This document shows, piece by piece, positions 29,741 to 38,297 of a stretch of DNA of 59,416 nucleotides. Source of the DNA: a virus (taxonomy: Duplodnaviria; Caudoviricetes); IMG/VR virus record IMGVR_UViG_3300025402_000010, positions 1 to 59,416 of that record. One strand, written 5' to 3'. The notes beneath the pieces are model-generated. The model was given only the letters and a program-made list of their open reading frames with translations, had not been told where the DNA came from and did not search any database. Every line of letters starts with the position of its first letter. The first letter of the stretch is position 1. Both the position numbers and the translations under genes were made by a program.

Positions 29741-31102
29741 TTATGCCAAACCTCGTTCGTAACCTTCCTCAGTGATATCACCGATACTAATATCGGGTAC
29801 ATTCTCAGGAATAATGTCTGCATGACCAGCAAACAACGAGTCTTCCTGGTCTCTTCTACCCTGTACGGCTCGTTCAGCCCAAAGTTGTGTGTGAGGCTTA
29901 GGCCAATCGTTGCGAAGTGGATCAAGTTTTCCTCTAGGGCCAAGGCTTGACATTCTGTCATCAAGCATTGGGCTGTATCTTGATGGGAATCCTCGGAAAT
30001 ATGCACGCTTAACTGCTTCATCTTTGCTTGTAGCAGCAGCATGGTGGTTTTGAACGTCAATCCAGCTGTCTGAAGGGTGAGCATTTTTGTTTAGAATTAA
30101 AGCAGGGTGGTTACTAAGCACAAAACTTGCTGTTCTTGCATTGTTGTAATTAGTTTGCTCAGCTGGATTTTTAGCATATGTATTTTTAGGATCAAAAATT
30201 GAACTAAAAACACCCTCAATTTCTTTGTGAGCAGCTACACCGGGTTGATCTGGATCGTTGTGGTCATTGTGAGCAAAATGACTAATGGGTTTCATAGTAT
30301 TCCACCATGTCTTTGTGTCAGTTATACCACGGTTTAAAAGGTTGTCAGCAGCCATTCTTCTAAGGTGGTGAATGCCACCAATGGTCACATCAGGGTAAGC
30401 CATCTGTGGTTTATTCTTCTCATCAAAGTATTGACCAATAGCAATAGGTTTATTTGGGTTTTTTGTACCATCTGGGTTTTTACCCCAGCGTACAATGGTG
30501 TTAGGGTTAGAGAAGTAATAGTCAGCAGTAAGATTACGAATCTTGTTTTCGTCTGCGTCACGGCCAGCAGGTTTAAGCTGGATGTTAAGGTATGAACTTA
30601 ACGTGGGCAAGTTTGCCAATTTTGACGTATTAGAACCGTCATTGATGCCTAGATCTTTTAATTGTCTTCTCTTGCAGTCACCGGAGTACATCCAGTTACC
30701 ACGACCTTTACCAGTTTTAGGTTTTACTAGACCAAACGTATCAATTGCCTCTTGAGTAGGTTTGCTAAGACCTTGGTCTTTGTAACCACCAACACAATTG
30801 TTGCGCTCACAAGAGTCATCAATGCGGCATTCCCCTTCAGCGTGATTACAAGCATGGTGACAACCATATAAATAGTGGTGAGCAGCAACTTGAGCACCCT
30901 TGTCAAGACCTCTCTTCATTGGGTCTTGATCAAACGAAGCAAATTGATTAAAGAAGCGCATCTTTAATGGGCCAATTTTTCTCTCTTGCTTAACTGCATC
31001 GTCTGGCACTTGTGGTATATCCGTGGGGATATCATCAAAAATACCTGCAAGAATACTATTAAACGTTTTACGTGTATTCTTACTACTATTGAATATCTTC
31101 AT
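29741..31102 (-). CDS. Hypothetical protein with Cys/His cluster
   Basis: 453 aa; HHYLYGCHHACNH...C...C...C. Confidence 0.65.
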   Translation of the reverse strand: MKIFNSSKNTRKTFNSILAGIFDDIPTDIPQVPDDAVKQERKIGPLKMRFFNQFASFDQDPMKRGLDKGAQVAAHHYLYGCHHACNHAEGECRIDDSCERNNCVGGYKDQGLSKPTQEAIDTFGLVKPKTGKGRGNWMYSGDCKRRQLKDLGINDGSNTSKLANLPTLSSYLNIQLKPAGRDADENKIRNLTADYYFSNPNTIVRWGKNPDGTKNPNKPIAIGQYFDEKNKPQMAYPDVTIGGIHHLRRMAADNLLNRGITDTKTWWNTMKPISHFAHNDHNDPDQPGVAAHKEIEGVFSSIFDPKNTYAKNPAEQTNYNNARTASFVLSNHPALILNKNAHPSDSWIDVQNHHAAATSKDEAVKRAYFRGFPSRYSPMLDDRMSSLGPRGKLDPLRNDWPKPHTQLWAERAVQGRRDQEDSLFAGHADIIPENVPDISIGDITEEGYERGLA

Positions 31103-31168
31103 ACCATTACCTTATATTGTTAAATTTGCATCATGCGCGCCCATAGGAAAAAAGTTCCGAATTTCCAT

Positions 31169-31225
31169 TTTCCCTTATATTACAAGGCTTCTAGATTTTA
31201 CGTTGATTTCCCTTTATTTACAAGG
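31169..31225. repeat. Pair of 19-bp imperfect palindromic direct repeats
   Basis: TTTCCCTTATATTACAAGG (31169-31187) and TTTCCCTTTATTTACAAGG (31207-31225), intergenic. Confidence 0.6.
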
Positions 31226-31227
31226 GT

Positions 31228-32130
31228 TTACATGAAATCAACATCGGAGATTTCATAGGGAGTGTTATCGTCGTGTGCATTGGCTTCATTGAAACATTGT
31301 GGGCATGCAGCATCATTCATAACAGCGGTAAGGGGTACACCATGCTCACAAGTTTCTTCTTGTTGAGTTCTAGGAGCATGGTTTCTCACCATATTATCCT
31401 TCTTATGGTTAAAGTAGTTAGTGAACGGTGTAGGTACTTTAATACCAAGCATGCCTGCGCTACGGAGAGCTGCTAGTGTACCGTCATAAGCTGTTTCTGC
31501 TTCTAGTTTGTGGTCTGGGGTGCCCATAGCCCGCATTCTAAGGATGTCATCAATATCACGGGTGAGGCGTGCATGCTGCTCCGCTAGCTTAGAGTGACGA
31601 GCAGCTGTTTCCTCGTCTAGTTCGTTCTTAGGCTTGTTGCGGAAGTAATTGACAATGTTCTCAGCAGTGTTACCCATGGCATAAGCATTGTGATACTTGC
31701 TAAGAACATTAAAGGCTTTTTTGCTGTGGCCCCAGTGGGTATCTGTAATGTGATCAGTAACATTTGTGTGATTAAGGATTGCTGTACCAATAGTTCTAAG
31801 AACGTGTTGAACGGCGTCGCCCGTTCCCGCAGCAGTCTTTACAGAAGCAGTAGTGGTTCTGTTGATGCCCTCTAGCAATTGTCTCATGTGGTGTAGCTGT
31901 GCATCTCTATTAGAGTCTGCAGAGTCTCTAACACGATCAAGCTCTCCAGTGGTTTTAGCCATTTCACTAACAGCTTGCAAATCGTTATTAAATTTGCCTC
32001 GCATCTGTTGAGCAGTAAGTTCAGCCTGCTCTAGTGCTTCGTTAAAGCTCTCATGCTCACCACGGATAATGCCTGCGGCAGCAGGATTACCCTCAAGCTC
32101 ACTGGCGTAACGTAGTTTCCATGTAGACAT
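31228..32130 (-). CDS. Helical hypothetical protein with MSTWKLRYAS leader
   Basis: 300 aa; variant of the shared leader; internal TASVKTAAG; C-terminal CEHG...CPQC. Confidence 0.65.
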   Translation of the reverse strand: MSTWKLRYASELEGNPAAAGIIRGEHESFNEALEQAELTAQQMRGKFNNDLQAVSEMAKTTGELDRVRDSADSNRDAQLHHMRQLLEGINRTTTASVKTAAGTGDAVQHVLRTIGTAILNHTNVTDHITDTHWGHSKKAFNVLSKYHNAYAMGNTAENIVNYFRNKPKNELDEETAARHSKLAEQHARLTRDIDDILRMRAMGTPDHKLEAETAYDGTLAALRSAGMLGIKVPTPFTNYFNHKKDNMVRNHAPRTQQEETCEHGVPLTAVMNDAACPQCFNEANAHDDNTPYEISDVDFM

Positions 32131-32132
32131 GA

Positions 32133-32486
32133 TTAGTAGCTACCTTTAGGCTTAATGGACTCAAGGATCGTAGGCAGAATACTGCCTCCTTCTCTAACGT
32201 CATCAAAGTTGCGAGCATTCATATTAGGGTTTTCCCAGCTTTTGTGATTGTTAGCAACCTGGCTAAGGTAATCAGCAAGCTGTTTTGATCCTTCATCCCG
32301 GTTGTATCTGTACACCCAGTGAGCTCGAGCAGCACCAATATGTGCATTCATTCTGTCATAGTCACCAACTTTGTTGGCTTCTTGAGCAAGATCAGCGTGA
32401 CGTCTAATATAACGGTCAGTAATTTCGTGCTCTCCAGAATCATCACCAGCAGTACGGATATTCCACATGTCATTAATAAAGGGCAT
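32133..32486 (-). CDS. Hypothetical protein with WNIRTA leader
   Basis: AAAGGA RBS before ATG 32486; first gene of the leftward operon. Confidence 0.6.
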   Translation of the reverse strand: MPFINDMWNIRTAGDDSGEHEITDRYIRRHADLAQEANKVGDYDRMNAHIGAARAHWVYRYNRDEGSKQLADYLSQVANNHKSWENPNMNARNFDDVREGGSILPTILESIKPKGSY

Positions 32487-32523
32487 AATCAATCCTTTCG
32501 TATACTTCCTATACCAAAAAGTG

Positions 32524-32552
32524 TTGCTTTTTACATTGCGGACCTATATACT
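32524..32552 (+). promoter_or_regulatory. Sigma70/SigA-type promoter
   Basis: TTGCTT (32524-29), 17-bp spacer, TATACT (32547-52). Confidence 0.55.
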
Positions 32553-32598
32553 TAATAACACCAAACAAACAATGGTGTGTGTGGTTGGTATGCAACTT

Positions 32599-32646
32599 GA
32601 AAGCCCCTCTCTAGGAAATTCCTGGAGGGGGTTTTCTATTTACTTT
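32599..32646 (+). terminator. Intrinsic terminator
   Basis: GAAAGCCCCTCTCTAGGA-AAT-TCCTGGAGGGGGTTTTC then TATTTACTTT; G:U pairs fit the plus-strand RNA. Confidence 0.7.
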
Positions 32647-32759
32647 AGTGCACTTAGTATTGCAAAAGGGGTCTTAGGCCCCCCGCGATTTTTTTATACG
32701 TGCTTCGTGCCTGCCCATTTGGCCCCCTTCTTGGCCCCTTTTTTAGTGCACCTAGTATT
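32644..32759. repeat. Direct repeat TTTAGTGCACYTAGTATT flanking an inverted AAAAGGGG/CCCCTTTT pair
   Basis: Copies at 32644-32661 and 32742-32759, located at the strand and GC switch. Confidence 0.6.
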
Positions 32760-33162
32760 CAAAGTCCAAAAAGTTGCCATCCTATTATTTGCCTTACTGT
32801 GACGTTTGCATCACCAGCAGAAAAAGATTATGAACTTCTTTTGGTATTCGCCAACTAAGGCGGTACTCCTAACTCAAGGGTGTCCCCGAGAGTGTCACGC
32901 ACGGTATCTCACAGGCATTGTGTGCTGTGAGGGTGTGTGATCGTGCCAGCGTAGACGTAATGCGTCGTGCTGCGTAGTCAAGAGTACTACGAATGCCTCT
33001 CCACGCGTGTGAGCACTGTGCTGCTCAACAATACACGTCTCTGGTGCTGAAGAGTTAGCTGCAGGCGAGGTTCATCAGGAACTACGGTATCCACTACGGT
33101 ACCGTGGTTCGTGATGTGCAACGTATGCACGGGCAGTACCAATAGTCCTGAGGAGGACAACT

Positions 33163-33561
33163 ATGCAGTATTTGGTAATCAACACTTACCGTGACTTCCC
33201 TTTGTTCGGGGGTTGTCACTGGAGTCTTGAGGAGGCTTTCGAGGAAGTCGTCGCTGGTTGGCGCAGTGACATCGAAGAGCCGATCGTCATGAGGCCAACA
33301 ATGGACTACCCATTCGCCAACCGCGTCTCTCTCGAAAAGTCGGGCGAGGACTGGAAGCCAACTCCATTCAAGGCATGGACGACCGGTCCTGACCACCTGA
33401 ACCACTGGTACATCGTGCCATTGTTCGAGTGGGAAGACCGGATGTGCCTTGCAGACGAGCGCACTCCAGAGACAATCGATCAGGGTGATGAGCTCAAGGC
33501 ACAACTCCGTAGGGAGTTCAGCGAAGAGCTTGTCTTCTCCCCAGACGTTACGTCATTGTAA
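33163..33561 (+). CDS. Hypothetical acidic protein (first gene of plus-strand block)
   Basis: GAGGAGG RBS; biased codons. Confidence 0.7.
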   Translation: MQYLVINTYRDFPLFGGCHWSLEEAFEEVVAGWRSDIEEPIVMRPTMDYPFANRVSLEKSGEDWKPTPFKAWTTGPDHLNHWYIVPLFEWEDRMCLADERTPETIDQGDELKAQLRREFSEELVFSPDVTSL

Positions 33562-33675
33562 CATCCGGTGGATGCACTGACTCACGTACAGGATCATTTG
33601 TACGTGGGTTGTGTGGGTCAACCGGGACTCAGTGTCATAGTGGTCGTGCTATGGCGCTTGAAAGGAGGTGAAATC

Positions 33676-33969
33676 ATGACTAAATTTGATGTTTACAAGG
33701 CTGCTAGGGACGCTGCTGAGGCTAAGGTCGAAGCTGCTTTGGCTGCTTACGACGATGCTGGGGCTACGTACTACCCTGCTTTGGCTGAGCTCTGCGCTGC
33801 TCAGGCTGAGCTCGAGGCTGTTAAGGCTGCGTGCAAGGCTGCGTACGACGCTGCTGCGCTCAAGGCTGCTTCGGCTAAGTACAAGGCTGCTTTGGCTGAG
33901 CTCTACGCTGCTAAGGCTGCGTACGACGCTGCTTGGGCTGAGTACAAGGCTGCTAAGGCTGAGCAGTAA
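33676..33969 (+). CDS. Alanine-rich helical repeat protein
   Basis: AGGAGGTGA RBS before ATG 33676; repeated AAYDAA, ALAEL and KAA units. Confidence 0.75.
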   Translation: MTKFDVYKAARDAAEAKVEAALAAYDDAGATYYPALAELCAAQAELEAVKAACKAAYDAAALKAASAKYKAALAELYAAKAAYDAAWAEYKAAKAEQ

Positions 33970-34081
33970 ATAGTCCGGCTCATGCTAGGACCCACGAAGG
34001 AACATCGTCGTGGGTCTCATGGGTCAGTCGGACCCAGTGATCATGACGGTCGTGTCATGACACTTGAGAGGAGGTGAAATT

Positions 34082-34240
34082 ATGACAAATCGTCGCCGCA
34101 GGGCATGGCGCCCCTCTGAGCTGTCTCAAGTCACAGCTCGGTACATCACATTAATTGGATGTGGTGCTGCGATTGCTGCTTCTGCAGTAGTCAGCGTTTG
34201 GATCTTTGTAGAGACTCTTCGTCTCTGCTTCGGTCACTAG
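34082..34240 (+). CDS. Small single-TM protein (52 aa, below ORF-track cutoff)
   Basis: AGGAGGTGA RBS; MTNRRRRAW...LIGCGAAIAASAVVSVWIFV... Confidence 0.65.
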   Translation: MTNRRRRAWRPSELSQVTARYITLIGCGAAIAASAVVSVWIFVETLRLCFGH

Positions 34241-34321
34241 TTCTTCGTTGGGTTCCCACCCAGCACTGCGTGTGTTAGGCAAGCACGTGGTTTAGTAAGT
34301 GCCTAGAAAGGAAACGATACC

Positions 34322-34657
34322 ATGGAATACTTTTACAAGGTTACCTGGTCGTATCAGTCAACCGTCGGTCGGATTGACGAAGACAACTACGAAAGGGTTA
34401 AGTATCGTCCATACATTGGTGTAGTAGAGCCAATGGTCCGCTACTTCAAGTCACTTGAAGACGCAATGGAGTTCTACTCTTCTTACGACTTCACATTCAC
34501 TGTGGACTACGGCCTCGTGGTTGGCGAGCGTTTTGACACGGCAGAAGAACCCTTCTTCCCAGTCAGCGTGGACAACGAGCTCATTGAAGAAGAGACCACC
34601 ATCATCACCACCACTCTCGTTGTAAAGCGAGAGTGCTTCACTGAGATTACTTATTAG
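34322..34657 (+). CDS. Hypothetical protein
   Basis: GAAAGGA RBS. Confidence 0.65.
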   Translation: MEYFYKVTWSYQSTVGRIDEDNYERVKYRPYIGVVEPMVRYFKSLEDAMEFYSSYDFTFTVDYGLVVGERFDTAEEPFFPVSVDNELIEEETTIITTTLVVKRECFTEITY

Positions 34658-34731
34658 TTTCTCATCCGTTCATACGGTATGCGTTGAGCAAACATGCCGT
34701 GCAGTAAGTGCTCAGAAAGGAGGGGGTCATC

Positions 34732-34938
34732 ATGAAGACCAAGACCACCCCACGCACCGCAGTTAGCATCGCTACTGCTCCCAAGTGCTCCTGTGGCTAC
34801 ATCCCCTTGTTCGTCGACTCAACTGTTTGGGTTGACCGCGAGGGTAACAAGCTCCCAGGTATTGTTCCAGTATCCATGACGATCGATGGAGTCCAGCACT
34901 CCGTTGAGAAGTGCGGTACTGAGACCAAGCGCAAGTAG
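34732..34938 (+). CDS. Small Cys-containing protein
   Basis: AAGGAGG RBS before ATG 34732; CSCG. Confidence 0.65.
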   Translation: MKTKTTPRTAVSIATAPKCSCGYIPLFVDSTVWVDREGNKLPGIVPVSMTIDGVQHSVEKCGTETKRK

Positions 34939-35048
34939 TACTCAGGTAGTGCCCTGGCAGGGGGCGTTGTACTCTGCTATCCCATCAACCAACTATAGGT
35001 CCAGTGACTAGGTTTGTCATAGCCTAGCACTGTAGAGGAGGTGAAATT

Positions 35049-35360
35049 ATGACTAAGTCAACCCGCAACATGCGCTTTGCGCAGGTAGTGAAGGAGGAGC
35101 TCTCAGACGTCCTCGTTCGTCCTACCGTGCTCAGCTTCGATGCTATCCAGGAGAAGATTGCTTACTTCGACTCCATGATGGCTCTCGACGCTGACGGTGT
35201 GTGGAAGAAGTGGTACCCACGTACCACTCGTATCACACGCGCTCGCAAGCTTGAGGCCCACTTCTGTGTGGAGAACCCCAAGCAGATCGACGCACGTTCC
35301 AAGAAGGAGCGTCGCCTCGTGTTCTGCGAGACCTGCATCGAGTTCGAGGCAGGACTGTAG
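35049..35360 (+). CDS. Hypothetical protein with C-terminal CxxC
   Basis: AGGAGGTGA RBS; strong codon bias. Confidence 0.7.
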   Translation: MTKSTRNMRFAQVVKEELSDVLVRPTVLSFDAIQEKIAYFDSMMALDADGVWKKWYPRTTRITRARKLEAHFCVENPKQIDARSKKERRLVFCETCIEFEAGL

Positions 35361-35540
35361 TAGGTAACCCATCTAGGTAAGCCCGTGTGCCTAGACGCTG
35401 ACTGTGTAGTACGTGCAGTCAGTGGGTGGGGGTCACTCCCCACCTGGGTACGGTTACCCACGGGTAACCCCCGGCGACTGGGTTAAGTCGAATTATCACA
35501 CGAACGTATTGTGTGACGTAACAAACATTAGGAGACTGCC

Positions 35541-36416
35541 ATGAAGGCATCTACTTTTGTGTCCCTGTCCACCCTCGACTTCAACGAGGAGGAGCTGTCA
35601 ACTGACCTTGACATCCTTCTCTTCGCTGACGAGGAGACGTCCGCTCAGTCAGACGGAGCCGTGCGTGTAGCGCGTCTCAACAAGACTGAGGCCATCACCC
35701 TGTCAGGTCTTTCTACTGACCTGGTGATCGGTCGCGGGCTCGCTGACTTCCGCAAGGAGTACTTCGACTGTGTCGTTGACTCCGAGGGGAAGATTGGTAG
35801 CTTCGTAGGCAAGCCCCTCCCCCAGGGTATTGTCTTCGACGCCACCTCCAAGCGTGACCGTGCGTACGGTACCCACGTGTACAACATTGCAGCGGCTCTG
35901 TCGCCTGCCTCTGTTGTCCACAGCGGTATGGTCTACGGTAAGTCGTTCCTGGCTAACCGTATGCAGGTTCAGATTGCATCTGACTTGCAGACCGACCCTC
36001 GTACCGGTGAGAAGTTCTACTTCATCGGTGTGCGTCGCTTCGGTATCCTCTCAGAGGCTACTGACTTCGCGTACCGTGACACCGGTCGTGGTGGCGTGCA
36101 GGCGCGTATCAAGTTGTACACCAACGTTGAGAAGGGTACCTTCTACTTCAAGGTGTTCAACAAGCTCACGCAGAAGCACGACCGCATCTACCAGGTTCCT
36201 GGTGACGTGCAGTGGTACGACCTCGTTAAGACTCGTCTTAACATGGCTCTGCCATCCGGCGCGTCGCGGTTGGACATCTACACCTCCGAGCTCAACAAGC
36301 TCGACGAGAACGTTGCTGAGGACCTGCGTGGTACCCAGCTGATGTTCTTCGAGGTGTACAAGACTGCCAAGGCTGCTATCATCGCGGCCAAGGTAGTGGA
36401 CGCCCCACAGGCCTAG
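35541..36416 (+). CDS. Hypothetical protein, apparently highly expressed
   Basis: 291 aa; AGGAG RBS; very strong codon bias. Confidence 0.75.
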   Translation: MKASTFVSLSTLDFNEEELSTDLDILLFADEETSAQSDGAVRVARLNKTEAITLSGLSTDLVIGRGLADFRKEYFDCVVDSEGKIGSFVGKPLPQGIVFDATSKRDRAYGTHVYNIAAALSPASVVHSGMVYGKSFLANRMQVQIASDLQTDPRTGEKFYFIGVRRFGILSEATDFAYRDTGRGGVQARIKLYTNVEKGTFYFKVFNKLTQKHDRIYQVPGDVQWYDLVKTRLNMALPSGASRLDIYTSELNKLDENVAEDLRGTQLMFFEVYKTAKAAIIAAKVVDAPQA

Positions 36417-36575
36417 TCAGCCCCCAGTCCTGAGTCAGACTGGGTTACCTTAAACTGACTCGCCCCCACACCCACAGATGTTGTGTGTGCCCTCGAAGGG
36501 AGTGTGGGGGTCTATGCCGCAACGTATGCAGCAGAACATGTATCATACATACATGTAGTAGTAAAAGGAACAAGC

Positions 36576-36857
36576 ATGGATGCATTCCGTGTTATTGCAA
36601 TCGAACGCAAGTTCGGTAAGGTAGTCAACCGTACCATGTTGGGAGATGTATATTCCAACGTGAATCGTGCCAAGTATCAGTTGCGTACTTGGTATGGAGT
36701 GAAACGGTTCAACGAAGTGGCGGACAGGCTAATTGTGGGCTCATGCCGCCCCAGGTGGCACACAAAGCTCACGTTCGTCATCGCGCAACAGTCTTACTAC
36801 GAGGAGATCGCTAGCTACACCAGCGATGAGCTCGAGGAGATTGCAGCTAATGGCTGA
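36576..36857 (+). CDS. Hypothetical protein
   Basis: AAAGGA RBS before ATG 36576. Confidence 0.6.
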   Translation: MDAFRVIAIERKFGKVVNRTMLGDVYSNVNRAKYQLRTWYGVKRFNEVADRLIVGSCRPRWHTKLTFVIAQQSYYEEIASYTSDELEEIAANG

Positions 36858-36926
36858 GGAGTACACCGATTGGTGGAGAGTATTCAACCAGGTGCCTAGG
36901 GTCTAGGGCCTAGTTGTAACTCAAAT

Positions 36927-36942
36927 TGTTTCACGTGAAACA
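36927..36942. promoter_or_regulatory. parS: parS site 1 (ParB/Spo0J loading site)
   Basis: Perfect palindrome TGTTTCACGTGAAACA, the canonical chromosomal parS consensus. Confidence 0.85.
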
Positions 36943-36962
36943 TATGTGTTTGTCTAAGCATA

Positions 36963-36978
36963 TGTTTCACGTGAAACA
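36963..36978. promoter_or_regulatory. parS: parS site 2
   Basis: Second perfect TGTTTCACGTGAAACA, 36 bp after the first. Confidence 0.85.
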
Positions 36979-37377
36979 TTCCCCGCATGGGGGGATATAT
37001 TTAGCTAAAGCTAACTCCTCCCATTGCATTTATGTTCATTGATGCGTACGTAAGGCATCGCAATACCATACCAATGTATGTTAAGTGGGTGGGTTCTATG
37101 AACCCGAGGTATGCTTGTTGACCTTGATGGCCCTAAACGTATCCTGCCATGTATACGTGCATACATACATGACTGTGCATGGCTAAGCATTTTTCCGTAT
37201 GTTAACGGGTATGTGCCTACATTGGTGTGGTATTGGGATGTCTTAAAATTTTTATGTGTGTTTAGACACACATGACATCCTCATATTCCTGCTCTAGTTG
37301 GATTTATATAGCAGGGGTATGGTTGTATATGTACTTACTAAGTAAGTAAGCTACAAATAGTATCAAAGGAATAACCC

Positions 37378-37596
37378 ATGGCAATAGTAACTGCCGAAGA
37401 GGTGCTGTCCAAAATATTGGCCAATGCCTGCCCTAGCAAACTACTCGATGGTGAGTACAAGTTGTTTCTCATAGAGACACACTGCGTCAATTGGCACGTG
37501 CAAGCCAAAATCATCCAAGAACCCTCGGACGACCAAGGTTGGTTGTTCGAAGTGCGTTCAATCGAGCCAGTAAACGAGGTGGTATATGATGACTGA
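37378..37596 (+). CDS. Hypothetical protein
   Basis: AAAGGA RBS. Confidence 0.6.
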   Translation: MAIVTAEEVLSKILANACPSKLLDGEYKLFLIETHCVNWHVQAKIIQEPSDDQGWLFEVRSIEPVNEVVYDD

Positions 37597-38074
37597 CCCT
37601 ATCCAGGCGTTGTTCGACCGCATCATGGAGGATGCACGTGATCAAAAGAGGGCAGAATCAAGTTATTACAACCTTGGTGACTTGATCGATGCCCTCGAGG
37701 GGATTGATTCAACTCTCCCCGTTGAGTTCACGTCAGCTGATAACAGGTACGGCAACGACCAACCAGGTGAGTTCTTCAGCTGGCGTGGTGACTACCACGA
37801 GCTTGCTCTTGGCTATTGCACCTCTAAGGTATACGACTGGAACACCAGTGAATACATCCCAGTTCCACCGCCCACCGTTGGTAGCTTGCTTGCTCGATGC
37901 ATTGCCGCTGATGGTGCTACCTTTGAGGGTTACAAGGGTGGTGACTTCACAATGAATCGGTCGTGCAGGATCTTTGTAGAGTTTGACCAGTCTTACTACA
38001 ATGGCCCGCAGATTGCTGATGTAACTGTGGTCGATGGCAAGTGCCTCATCAAGCTTGAGAACTGGACTGAGTAA
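37586..38074 (+). CDS. Conserved phage hypothetical protein
   Basis: LGDLIDAL...SWRGDYHELA...FEGYKGGDFTM motif seen in many phage early regions. Confidence 0.7.
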   Translation: MMTDPIQALFDRIMEDARDQKRAESSYYNLGDLIDALEGIDSTLPVEFTSADNRYGNDQPGEFFSWRGDYHELALGYCTSKVYDWNTSEYIPVPPPTVGSLLARCIAADGATFEGYKGGDFTMNRSCRIFVEFDQSYYNGPQIADVTVVDGKCLIKLENWTE

Positions 38075-38297
38075 CAATGTACCATCACTCAGCTCTATGC
38101 AAGTGTGGTGAGTATTACTTGCTTGATGTTTGTTGCGGTGAGTATGTTCGTCGAGTTTCTACTGACGAACTAATCAACGAAGTACATGTTGACATCGGAA
38201 ACCATGCACCTACTGGGTGCAACGATGAGTACCGCAACCATTAAGCAGTAACAATACCCAAGTAGGGTAGTAGTAAACAAACACATGGAGATCCCCT

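Noticed and set aside
4406-32540. A consensus late promoter in minus-strand intergenic gaps (TGYAA...TAAGG-like)
   Set aside because: Similarities among the AT-rich gaps are too weak to define by eye; this needs motif discovery.
33686-33973. Overlapping Leu/Arg-rich ORF, or a DGR target
   Set aside because: It is an alternate frame of the GCT-rich Ala repeat gene; no reverse transcriptase or adenine-specific TR/VR pair is in the window.
37011-37271. 86-aa minus-strand ORF next to parS
   Set aside because: Opposite to all neighbours, no RBS and atypical composition; the region is treated as non-coding.
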